Source: an uncultured Candidatus Saccharibacteria bacterium
Lineage (GTDB): Bacteria > Patescibacteriota > Saccharimonadia > Saccharimonadales > 2-12-FULL-41-12
Length of the DNA stretch: 64,000 bases
NCBI GenBank assembly: GCA_964404795.1
Contig: CAYOLI010000002.1
Coordinates: 7,766 to 71,765, forward strand
Reading direction: 5' to 3'
Shown here: piece after piece, positions 7,261-15,888 of the stretch
How the letters are laid out: the number at the start of each line of letters is the position of its first letter
Numbering within the stretch: position 1 is the first letter of the stretch
Notes under the pieces: generated by a model
What the model was told of the DNA's origin: nothing
Database searches by the model: none
The model's input: only the letters and a program-made list of their open reading frames with translations
Made by a program: the position numbers and the translations under genes

Positions 7261-9924
7261 GTGGTGCAAGGTGCGTCTGGGCAAACAGCAAACGTGCAAG
7301 AATGGCGAGATGCTTCAGGAAACGTACTAGCTAGTATTGCAGCAAACGGAGCAACAACTTTCAAGAACAACGCTAACTCTACAACTGCTTTTAGAGTTCA
7401 GAATGCGAGCAATACAAGCTTATTTACCGTAGATACGACCAATAACTATATACGGTTCATTAACGGAAGCATTATTGACAGCTTAGGTGCATTTATGGGA
7501 AATTACAATACCTACATCAGGGCAGGGGCAGGCGGATCAATCAAATTTACCAATAGCGCATTAAACGAATTTGCAAGCTTCGGACAGGATGGGATTATTA
7601 CGTTTAAAAATGTTTCTAACTCCACGTCTGCGCTTTCTGTGCAAAATGCAGCTGCATCTTCAATTTTACAGGTTGATACTTTAAATAGCAGGGTAGGCAT
7701 AAAAAATAGCTCGCCGACAAATCCACTCACAGTTGGGGTCTTAACTTCTTTAGATTCCACCGGGCAACTAGCCGTTTCAACTAACGGTATAAACAACAAG
7801 GGCATCATAATTCAAGCAACAGCCGGTCAAACAGCCAATCTTCAGGAATGGCAAGACAATAGTGGTGGAGCTTTAGCTAGAGTTACAGCCACTGGTCAAA
7901 TCTTTCAAGGTGTCAACCAAGTATGTGACACTAGTAATAATTGTAACTATGCTCCAAATTCTGGCTCTGGCAACTACATTCAAAATCAAGTTATCTCGCC
8001 ACAAGTAGCCGGGTTTAATATCTCAGGTAATGGAACGTTATCTCGACTAAACCTTAATGACTCGATTGTCGACAACAGGAATAATGTAATATTGCAACAA
8101 TCAATAAGTTCAGTACTTACAAACCGCACCCTACAGTTGGGCAACGCGACATATTGGTCTCAGTGGTTTGTACTAACCGCATCGGGGTCTGTCGGAATAG
8201 GTAGCGACGCAAAATCTATGAGCGGAACGGTAGGACGATTGACAGTTACTAATGGCTCTACCTCAATTCCTGGCATTGTAGTTAGAGGAATTACTAGCCA
8301 GACAGCAGACTCTGTGCAAATACAAAATTCAAGTGGCACAACCGTGGCCTCTATATCAGCCACTGGTCAAATCTTTCAAGGTATCAACCAAGTATGTGAC
8401 ACTAGTAATAATTGTAACTATGCTCCAAATTCTGGCTCTGGCAACTATATTCAAAACCAGGTTGCTTCGCCACAAGCAGCCGGATTTAAAATTTCTGGCA
8501 GTGGATATGTTGGAGGCACTATGAGTGTCGGTACTAATTCCAATACTGGGCAATTAAATATCGCTTCAGACTCGGCATCTAGAATAACCGCGATTATTCA
8601 AGGGTCCAGTGGACAAGCTGCCAATTTACAAGAGTGGCAAAATAGCAGTGGAACACCCTTGCTATATGTAGATAGTGCAGGATCACTCTATCAAAATCAA
8701 TTACCTAGTGGCAGCAAGACAGTTGAGCTAGCAAATGGTGTATACATATTTAGGGGCGCTAGCGGAGCTACGAATGGAAATTATGTAAAGATAAGACCTG
8801 ATGTGGGTAATACTGCCTACGTGTATGGAAATACGAACCTTGTTTTACAATCCGAAAGTGCTGGTGCAAATATTTCAGTAAACGCCGGGATAATTATAAG
8901 TTCTAGTAATGCTGGGCACACCACTGTAGCTTTAAACACTTCGGGGGGCAATGGGCTGACCGTATTCGGTTCTAACAACCGACGTGTAGCATCTTTTTCC
9001 AACAATAACCCACAAGACCTTGGAGCAAGGGTAAACATAACAACCGACTACGCTGGCACCAAGGGTGTTGTTATAAGAGGTTACACCAGCCAATCCGCCA
9101 CCCTGCAAGAGTGGCAAGCATCCGATGGCTCGGCCTTTGCGATAATGGGCAACAGCCAAACAAGTGGGCTGACCATCAAAGACGTAGTTGGCGGAACTAA
9201 TGGGTCTGCCGTACTTAGTGTTGATGCAACTGGAGCAGGTTCGGTTTGTCTTAGAAATGGCAATGGCAACACAAAGTGCTTAGTAAATGATACTTCTGGG
9301 GGTAATTACCTCAGATCTACAGCCAGCTTTATTGCACCCTCGTTTAGATTTGACGACACTACGGTAAGCACACAGATAAACCAGAATCAGATTAATATGC
9401 CTATCGGAGGCGACTACGCAATTACTAGAATTGGCTGGAGTGGGGGTAATAATGGGCTTCTTGTGCATTCTCCTAGTAACGGTTCCGGTAGGCCTACCGA
9501 TCCTTACGCAATCTATTACGGTGATTTTACTTTTAACTCTGTTAGGGCAAATCAGATATCTGTGACTATAAAGGGAGCAAGTGCCCAAACGTCTGATTTA
9601 TTACAAGCACAAGATTCGCTGGGTAACGTTTTGGCATCGATATCTTCGACGGGTGATCTAAAAGTCAAATCACTCAATGTCGATGGAGCATATTTGACAC
9701 TTAGTAGCAATATTAGCGGTAAAAACGTTGCTGTTTCGGCATCATCTACTTCAATTAATATAACTTTTCCGACACCCCACCCTGATGCTAATTATGCCGT
9801 ATTTTGTACTCCTAACTGGGGAACTACATGCTGGGCAAGCGCTAAAGCAACAACTGGATTTACATTGAATTTCGGAACTGCTGCACCGTCATCTCAACAA
9901 GTTGACTGGTTAGTAACCAGGTAG
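7261..9924 (+). CDS. 3' segment of the fibrous surface protein (repeated QGASGQTANLQEWxxxxGxxLAxV units; possible lectin-like C-terminal domain)
   Basis: This frame is open from 7030, and from 7054 it already encodes matching repeat sequence (NTTNTFTGTNNFAGVTATGILQNGFQVCDASNNCNYAPLSGSGNY). There are six copies of the ..Q.(A/S)(N/D)L.(E/Q)WQ...G..LA.V...G.. unit. The GTG at 7261 is only the tracked start. Confidence 0.7.
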   Translation: MVQGASGQTANVQEWRDASGNVLASIAANGATTFKNNANSTTAFRVQNASNTSLFTVDTTNNYIRFINGSIIDSLGAFMGNYNTYIRAGAGGSIKFTNSALNEFASFGQDGIITFKNVSNSTSALSVQNAAASSILQVDTLNSRVGIKNSSPTNPLTVGVLTSLDSTGQLAVSTNGINNKGIIIQATAGQTANLQEWQDNSGGALARVTATGQIFQGVNQVCDTSNNCNYAPNSGSGNYIQNQVISPQVAGFNISGNGTLSRLNLNDSIVDNRNNVILQQSISSVLTNRTLQLGNATYWSQWFVLTASGSVGIGSDAKSMSGTVGRLTVTNGSTSIPGIVVRGITSQTADSVQIQNSSGTTVASISATGQIFQGINQVCDTSNNCNYAPNSGSGNYIQNQVASPQAAGFKISGSGYVGGTMSVGTNSNTGQLNIASDSASRITAIIQGSSGQAANLQEWQNSSGTPLLYVDSAGSLYQNQLPSGSKTVELANGVYIFRGASGATNGNYVKIRPDVGNTAYVYGNTNLVLQSESAGANISVNAGIIISSSNAGHTTVALNTSGGNGLTVFGSNNRRVASFSNNNPQDLGARVNITTDYAGTKGVVIRGYTSQSATLQEWQASDGSAFAIMGNSQTSGLTIKDVVGGTNGSAVLSVDATGAGSVCLRNGNGNTKCLVNDTSGGNYLRSTASFIAPSFRFDDTTVSTQINQNQINMPIGGDYAITRIGWSGGNNGLLVHSPSNGSGRPTDPYAIYYGDFTFNSVRANQISVTIKGASAQTSDLLQAQDSLGNVLASISSTGDLKVKSLNVDGAYLTLSSNISGKNVAVSASSTSINITFPTPHPDANYAVFCTPNWGTTCWASAKATTGFTLNFGTAAPSSQQVDWLVTR
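7888..8028 (+). repeat. ~140-bp direct repeat, copy 1 (copy 2 at 8359..8499), offset 471 bp
   Basis: The first 105 nt differ at 4 positions in my manual alignment (encoding ATGQIFQG[VI]NQVCDTSNNCNYAPNSGSGNYIQNQV). Similarity decays after that. Confidence 0.85.
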
Positions 9925-9925
9925 T

Positions 9926-10846
9926 TTAAATTTTAACAAGTCCTTTTTTGTATATATTTAGAAGTAGTAAGTTTAAATACACCAACCCTTCGTACGGGTG
10001 CCACGTGCTGGTTATGGATTTTAGCTCGTCATAGTTGGGCCTGTTTTTCGTGCCAATAATTTTTTGAATATTGTTTTGCCCTCCAACATCATCACCAGGA
10101 AAAAATTCTAAGCGACCTAATCCTCTGAGCAATACATACTCAGCAGACCACCTGCCAATACCGTGAAGAGACAATAGCGTATTAAGAGCATCTTGATTGC
10201 TATATTTTTCAATGGCTTTCGGATTAAAATCTGCATTCTCTATTTTGTAAGCAATTTGCTTTATCGCTTTAGTTTTTTGATAACTCAGCCCAACCGCCTT
10301 TAGTTCCTGGTCTGGCGCGTCAATAAAAACTTTTGCCTCTGGAAAGCAATATCTTTTTTTATCCTTAAAAGTTATTGACTCGCCATATTTCATAATTAGT
10401 CTGTTTAAAATAGACAGCCCTGCATCTAATGAAACCTGTTGGCATACAACTGCATTGGTTAACGCCTCAAAAACAGTAGGGTAACGAGTAGGACGCATAC
10501 CAATAAACTGCATCGCAAAGTGTTTCAGTATTGGATCTTTTCTGGCTACTTCGTAAAAACGCTGCAAATCAATGTCTAAGCCAAACATTTTAGATACAAG
10601 TTTTTTAACCTCATCAATGTTAGAGTTCTGCAAGGGTTTTTTACTAGTAACTTTTAAAACTAAATTTTTACTATCAAGCTGAACTAAACTGATCAATACT
10701 AAATTTTTATTTATAGTTACAACGCGAGAGCAATTACGCCCATCCCACTGATCTAGCATGTTCCTATCACGCCTTCGAAGAACCCAAGCGGTAAAATCCA
10801 ACCTAAATAGATGCTTGGTTGCTATATTTATTTCTTTTTCAAACAT
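9926..10846 (-). CDS. DNA-3-methyladenine glycosylase II family (HhH-GPD, AlkA-like)
   Basis: HhH-GPD signature LLSLHGIGRWSAEYVLLRGLGRLEFFPGDDVG, including the catalytic Asp context. Confidence 0.8.
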   Translation of the reverse strand: MFEKEINIATKHLFRLDFTAWVLRRRDRNMLDQWDGRNCSRVVTINKNLVLISLVQLDSKNLVLKVTSKKPLQNSNIDEVKKLVSKMFGLDIDLQRFYEVARKDPILKHFAMQFIGMRPTRYPTVFEALTNAVVCQQVSLDAGLSILNRLIMKYGESITFKDKKRYCFPEAKVFIDAPDQELKAVGLSYQKTKAIKQIAYKIENADFNPKAIEKYSNQDALNTLLSLHGIGRWSAEYVLLRGLGRLEFFPGDDVGGQNNIQKIIGTKNRPNYDELKSITSTWHPYEGLVYLNLLLLNIYKKGLVKI

Positions 10847-11189
10847 TTATGTTTTCTAAATACGATTTTATAACCACCGCATTATTATGCTTTTCGTCCT
10901 TTGCTCCATAGACCAATGTAACATCACCATGGCTCGCTAATTCTCGAAGTTTCTCTACGTTTTCGCTACTGTTGACTAGCTCACTTTCAAATCTTTTTTT
11001 GAATTCTAACCATTTATTGGGATCATGACCAAACCATTTTCTGAGCTCACTACTGGGCGATACATCTCTTAGCCATAGATCTATCTTGGCTTTTTCCTTG
11101 CTGACCCCCCTGGGCCATAAACGATCTACCAGCACTCTATAACCATCGTCGCTGGCAGGTTCTTCGTATACTCTTTTAATCTTTAACAT
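10839..11189 (-). CDS. DUF488 (YeaO-like) family protein
   Basis: KRVYEEPASDDGYRVLVDRLWPRGVSKEKAKIDLWLRDVSPSSELRKWFGHDPNKW is the typical DUF488 pattern. Confidence 0.75.
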   Translation of the reverse strand: MLKIKRVYEEPASDDGYRVLVDRLWPRGVSKEKAKIDLWLRDVSPSSELRKWFGHDPNKWLEFKKRFESELVNSSENVEKLRELASHGDVTLVYGAKDEKHNNAVVIKSYLENINV

Positions 11190-11196
11190 ATCTCAT

Positions 11197-11913
11197 TCAA
11201 TAACCAGCAAACTCTTCGGTCCGTATGTTATCCTCGTTTACATTTAAATCGACCAGTAGTTGTCTCATGGCTTTTACCATACCCTCTGGACCAGAAAGAT
11301 AATAAATTGGAGCATTAATGTCTGCAACATGGCGCTTAATCATCTCGGCATCCACTCGGCCCGTTTCCCCCTCGATAGAGTCATTGCTTTGTTCGCTATA
11401 CGCAGGAACAAATGTAAAATTTGGATTTTCTTTTGCAAGCTCTTCAAAATCTTTAGTAAATGGTGCATCTGCAGGAGTTTTGTTGGAGTGAATTAAAGTA
11501 ATTTTGTGCGCTGTTTTATCGTGAGTTGCCTGAGCAATCATACTTCGCACTGGTGTTACCCCAATCCCGCCAATAATGAACACTGCTGGAGTTGTTTCTG
11601 TTTTATGCAGGGTATAGTCACCGTACGGAGCATCCAGCTTTACCTCGGCTCCAACTGGCAACTCCTTAAGAACTCTTTTAAACGCCGAATCTCTTAAGCG
11701 AGTCGCAAACGCCAAGTAATCTTCGTATGGAGCTGCGATAATTGAAAATCCACGAGTATTACCCTCCTCGTCAGTTTCTGGGGGTTCGATTAAAGTGACG
11801 TCACCAAACTGTCCGGCACGGAAATCAAACCCTTCTGGTTTTTCAAAACGAAACTCCATTGTTCCATTCGCAATCTCTTCCTTTTTTATTAGTTTAACAT
11901 TATATATAGGCAT
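11197..11913 (-). CDS. FAD/NAD(P)-binding oxidoreductase (ferredoxin-NADP reductase-like fold)
   Basis: An RGFSI (RxYS-type FAD motif) followed by the FIIGGIGVTPVRSM NAD(P)-binding motif. Confidence 0.75.
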   Translation of the reverse strand: MPIYNVKLIKKEEIANGTMEFRFEKPEGFDFRAGQFGDVTLIEPPETDEEGNTRGFSIIAAPYEDYLAFATRLRDSAFKRVLKELPVGAEVKLDAPYGDYTLHKTETTPAVFIIGGIGVTPVRSMIAQATHDKTAHKITLIHSNKTPADAPFTKDFEELAKENPNFTFVPAYSEQSNDSIEGETGRVDAEMIKRHVADINAPIYYLSGPEGMVKAMRQLLVDLNVNEDNIRTEEFAGY

Positions 11914-11937
11914 TTAACCCTCCTTAAATATTATTAA

Positions 11938-12234
11938 TTAATGTTCGCACTTTTGGACACAATATCTCTTTGCATGTTTACTGGCCAGATCGAACAGGGG
12001 AATAACTGTTTCTTCATTCAAGCTATATATCCGCTCTTTACCGACTTGACGAACGTCTACAAAATGAAATGCTCGTAGCTTTCTTAAGCAATGAGAAACA
12101 GCCGACTGCTGAACATTTAACTCGTCACTGATTTGACTAACACTTTTCGGGCCACTCTTTAAATATTCCAAAATCCTAACTCTCTGATGGTTGCCGAGTA
12201 TGGTAAAAAAATTATCCCATGTAATTTTCGTCAT
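11938..12234 (-). CDS. ArsR/SmtB family transcriptional regulator
   Basis: Winged HTH: RVRILEYLKSGPKSVSQISDELNVQQSAVSHCLRKLRAFHFV. Confidence 0.8.
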   Translation of the reverse strand: MTKITWDNFFTILGNHQRVRILEYLKSGPKSVSQISDELNVQQSAVSHCLRKLRAFHFVDVRQVGKERIYSLNEETVIPLFDLASKHAKRYCVQKCEH

Positions 12235-12317
12235 ATGTATATTTTATCATATGTTGTCAATGAAGCTCAAGCGGAAACCTCGACAACAATCAAAAGAACT
12301 CGTAAAATATAGGGTAC

Positions 12318-12563
12318 ATGACAATCGAAGTAAACGTGTTTGGAATTGCAAAAGACATCTTAAAGAATGATAGAGTAGCTATTGAGATAGAGCATAGCGA
12401 GCCAACGATAGATACGCTAAAACAAGCGTTAATCGAAAGATTCCCTGGCTTGCTACAATTACCCTCTTTCTTGTTTGCGGTTAATGAATCTTATGCAGAT
12501 AATAATCAAGTAATTTCGGACAAAGATGATATTGCGATTATCCCGCCAACCAGTGGGGGCTAG
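12318..12563 (+). CDS. moaD: molybdopterin synthase sulfur-carrier subunit
   Basis: 81 aa of ubiquitin-like size ending in ...PPTSGG (C-terminal Gly-Gly), immediately upstream of moaE. Confidence 0.8.
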   Translation: MTIEVNVFGIAKDILKNDRVAIEIEHSEPTIDTLKQALIERFPGLLQLPSFLFAVNESYADNNQVISDKDDIAIIPPTSGG

Positions 12564-12980
12564 GTGATAGACCTTAAACTAACTAGCCAGCCGCTACTTC
12601 TGGCAGATTTGATGAGCAAGGTTTCTGACCCTACTTGTGGAGGAATTTGCTCCTTTGTCGGCACTGTTAGAAACAACACCGATGGCAGAGAGGTCCTTCG
12701 ATTGGAGTTTGAATCTTATGAGTCAATGGCTTTAAAAGAACTAAAGAAAATTGCCAACAAAGCTAGTAAAAAATGGAACATCAGACATCTACTTATACAT
12801 CACCGTGTTGGCAAGGTAGAAGTAGGAGAGCCGGCAGTTATAATTATCGCTGTTGGAACGCACAGAGATGCTACATTCTCGGCCTGCAAATATGCAATTG
12901 ATACATTAAAAGATACAGTACCAATTTGGAAAAAAGAAATTTTCACTGATGGCAGTGAGTGGGTTACTCCTCACCCCTAA
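12564..12980 (+). CDS. moaE: molybdopterin synthase catalytic subunit
   Basis: GTG start abutting the moaD stop. GGICSFVGTVRN...VPIWKKE is the MoaE pattern. Confidence 0.85.
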   Translation: MIDLKLTSQPLLLADLMSKVSDPTCGGICSFVGTVRNNTDGREVLRLEFESYESMALKELKKIANKASKKWNIRHLLIHHRVGKVEVGEPAVIIIAVGTHRDATFSACKYAIDTLKDTVPIWKKEIFTDGSEWVTPHP

Positions 12981-14029
12981 TTGTTAATTATTTTTTGCCA
13001 CTTAGCCATACCGCCCTCGAGGGAAAGAGCGTTCATTGAAGTTCTTTGGTTGAAATATTTAGTCGCAACTAAGCTTCTACCACCGGTTTCGCAATAAAAA
13101 ACTACTGGTTTAACCGTAGACACTAAACCAACATCGTCAAAAATATTCTCTAACGGAATATTGAGACCGCCAATATTAAACCGAGCTCTCTCAGAAGCAC
13201 TGCGCACATCAATTAGCTGGTAATTATCAATATTAGCTTCCAGCTCTTTAACTGAAATCAACAAAGATTCTTTTTCCTCTACAGCCGTATCATCTGGAGT
13301 TCTAAAGCTCTTTTTTGGCAAGTTTATAATTTTGCTCTGTAAAGTCAAACCATCCAATATTAATAGTTTGCTTTTTAACAAATTTCCCACTCCCGTAATA
13401 TACTTAATTACTTCATTGGCCTGCATACAACCAATAATTCCAGTTAAAGTAGGCAACACTCCGCCCGTCGCGCAATCCGCTATTATGGCATTCTCTGCTC
13501 TTGGGAAAATATCCAGATAGTTTGGACTGCGACTACCATCCAGGTTTTTTGTATTCCATACCGCTACTTGTCCCTCATATTGATAAGCCGCCCCATACAC
13601 CACAGGAATGTTTTGTCTGACGCACCCAAAATTTAAGATATAACGAGCATCGTAATTGTCTGTGCAGTCCACGACCACATCAAACCCTTTGATAATGCTT
13701 TCTACATTTTTGCTTGTAACTTTTTTGACTTTAGCAGAAATATCGATGTTAGGATTTTGTTTCTGCAAAGCTTTCGCGACTATTTTACATTTATATTTAC
13801 CAACATCTTCTTCTGAGAATAAAATCTGACGGTGCAGATTAGAAATCTCGATTTTATCAAAATCTACAATCTCAATTTTTCCAATGCCCGCCGCTGCCAG
13901 ATACAAAGAAGCGGGGCAGCCAAGACCCCCAGCGCCGACGACCAATACTTTAGATTTTTGCAATTTTGATTGTCTAGCCCCACCAAATTTGGGCAACTTA
14001 ACTTGACAAGAATAACGTGGGTCAGCCAT
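12977..14029 (-). CDS. moeB: MoeB/ThiF-type adenylyltransferase with a C-terminal rhodanese domain (MoeZ-like)
   Basis: VLVVGAGGLGCPASLYLAAAGIGKIEIVDFDKIEISNLHRQ, plus the rhodanese active-site loop FYCETGGRS. Confidence 0.85.
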   Translation of the reverse strand: MADPRYSCQVKLPKFGGARQSKLQKSKVLVVGAGGLGCPASLYLAAAGIGKIEIVDFDKIEISNLHRQILFSEEDVGKYKCKIVAKALQKQNPNIDISAKVKKVTSKNVESIIKGFDVVVDCTDNYDARYILNFGCVRQNIPVVYGAAYQYEGQVAVWNTKNLDGSRSPNYLDIFPRAENAIIADCATGGVLPTLTGIIGCMQANEVIKYITGVGNLLKSKLLILDGLTLQSKIINLPKKSFRTPDDTAVEEKESLLISVKELEANIDNYQLIDVRSASERARFNIGGLNIPLENIFDDVGLVSTVKPVVFYCETGGRSLVATKYFNQRTSMNALSLEGGMAKWQKIINN

Positions 14030-14031
14030 TG

Positions 14032-14664
14032 CTATACCGAATTATTTTTTATTAGTAGTTCTATCCGTTTCGCTACCTCTGGTGTATTGGCATTTATCAA
14101 CTCGTTTGAACTCCTAGGAGATATTAGCTTTACCTTATCTACATTTTTAATCAATGCCTTGCGAGGGCAAGAGATACCTTTTTGAAGCATATCTTCTAGC
14201 ATTTGTTTTGACTTTGGTTCCCAAATTGCAATCAATGGCTCTGGTAACCCCTCTTCACTTTTATATGCAGTAACTAAAGATTTTGGTTCGCGATTTTTTA
14301 TTAAACGCCGCAGTGTTGACTCTTGAACTAGTGGAATGTCACAAGCAACAACTATCCATGCACGATTGGGAAATCTTTCAAAAGCACTCAAGATTGCACC
14401 ATACTGCCCCGTAGCATCGGCTGAATCGGGTAACGGCTCAAATCCATCTTTGAAAATCTGCTCGGCTTGATCGATCCGACAAGATATAAAGACCTCATGG
14501 CAATACTTTTTCAGTAAATTTGCTAAATAGTAACGATGAGGAATATTGTTATGCCATTTGATAAGCCCCTTGTCCGAACCCATCCTTTTGCTTTTGCCGC
14601 CCGCCAAAACTACGCCACTTAGTTTAGAGTTAGCGTTTAGTTCATCAATTACGCCGTTTACCAT
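14032..14664 (-). CDS. mobA: molybdenum cofactor guanylyltransferase
   Basis: N-terminal GVVLAGGKSKRMGSDKGLI nucleotide-binding motif; size ~200 aa. Confidence 0.75.
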   Translation of the reverse strand: MVNGVIDELNANSKLSGVVLAGGKSKRMGSDKGLIKWHNNIPHRYYLANLLKKYCHEVFISCRIDQAEQIFKDGFEPLPDSADATGQYGAILSAFERFPNRAWIVVACDIPLVQESTLRRLIKNREPKSLVTAYKSEEGLPEPLIAIWEPKSKQMLEDMLQKGISCPRKALIKNVDKVKLISPRSSNELINANTPEVAKRIELLIKNNSV

Positions 14665-14676
14665 ATCTATATTGTA

Positions 14677-15867
14677 CTAAAGTAATATTATTTTGTATGT
14701 TTCACCTTTTTTGAAAGTCGATTTGTTCGCCGGTAATTCGATAAAACCATCTGCACTAAGCAAACTAACTATATCACCGGAACCATTATCTTTTACTGGC
14801 GTTGCTATGATTTGCCCTTTGTTTGACGTAGACAATTTTACTCTGGCAAAATAAGTTAATTTAGAAGTAAAGCTTATATCTTGTGGCAACAAAGCATAAA
14901 TTGGCTCCACATGCTTGACCCCATAACTATCTCTTAGGTAAGGGTTTAGATATTTGACTGCACACAAGTAAGAAGATACCGGATTACCAGGAAGTGCAAA
15001 CACAGTTGCGCCTCTTTTATGAGACCCAAACCAAAGGGGCTTACCCGGCTTTTGCTTGACCCCATGAAAGTGTTTCGAAACCGAAAGTTCTGCTAACACC
15101 TGCGGGATAAAATCGAACTCGCCCTTGGACACTCCGCCACTCATAATAATAAGTTCGTACTTTAAGACGGCGGGCTTAAGCACTTTTTTTAGTATCTGTT
15201 TATTATCGGATAGATGGACTACTTCTGGCTTAATAAAAAACCGTGACAGAATAGACGTAAGCATCAGATCGTTCGAACGTCTGATTTGATAGGTTTTTGG
15301 ATTGTTTTTAACTTGAATAACCTCATCGCCAGTAGTAACTATCAGAGTTTTTGGGGGCTTAACGACTTTGAGCTTACTTTTTCCAACTGTTGCAGCAATG
15401 GCTATAACCGATGAACTAACCTCTGTGCCCTTGAGAACTAACTGGCTATTTTTCTGTTTATCAGACCCAGCCAAATGAATAAATTGTCCGATTTTAGCAT
15501 CTTTTTGTAACACTTTGGCTTGATTAGCCACTATTTTAACTTCTTCAATCGGGATAACTGTATCAAGCCCCTTTGGAACGCAAGCTCCAGTCATAACCTG
15601 AATACATTGACCTTTTTCAACTATTTTTACTGGGCGGTCTCCGGCAGCTTGAATATTTTTAATTTCAAATGTTTCATTGTGCAAGGCAGTAGAGTACTTG
15701 ATTGCAATACCGTCCATTGTAGACCTGTTACACGGTGGTATATCTCTATCAGCAATTATATCCTCGGCCAAAATTCTGCCAAGCGACTGCTCAAGAGGAA
15801 CAGTTTCTACATCGAGTTTTAAAAGATGCTTCTTAATTATCCTTTCCGCCTCAGAAGATGCAATCAT
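14677..15867 (-). CDS. moeA: molybdopterin molybdenumtransferase
   Basis: Length matches MoeA. SGGVSKGEFDF is an MoCF-biosynthesis motif, and the gene sits in a Moco context. Confidence 0.8.
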   Translation of the reverse strand: MIASSEAERIIKKHLLKLDVETVPLEQSLGRILAEDIIADRDIPPCNRSTMDGIAIKYSTALHNETFEIKNIQAAGDRPVKIVEKGQCIQVMTGACVPKGLDTVIPIEEVKIVANQAKVLQKDAKIGQFIHLAGSDKQKNSQLVLKGTEVSSSVIAIAATVGKSKLKVVKPPKTLIVTTGDEVIQVKNNPKTYQIRRSNDLMLTSILSRFFIKPEVVHLSDNKQILKKVLKPAVLKYELIIMSGGVSKGEFDFIPQVLAELSVSKHFHGVKQKPGKPLWFGSHKRGATVFALPGNPVSSYLCAVKYLNPYLRDSYGVKHVEPIYALLPQDISFTSKLTYFARVKLSTSNKGQIIATPVKDNGSGDIVSLLSADGFIELPANKSTFKKGETYKIILL

Positions 15868-15888
15868 AATTGTATAATAGCACGCGAG

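Noticed and set aside
12235-12317. Possible Moco riboswitch upstream of moaD, and the GTTGTC-N24-GACAAC inverted repeat as an ArsR operator.
   Set aside because: The 83-bp gap is too short for the ~130-nt Moco RNA motif. The 6-bp arms with a 24-bp spacer are too weak to call in AT-rich DNA.
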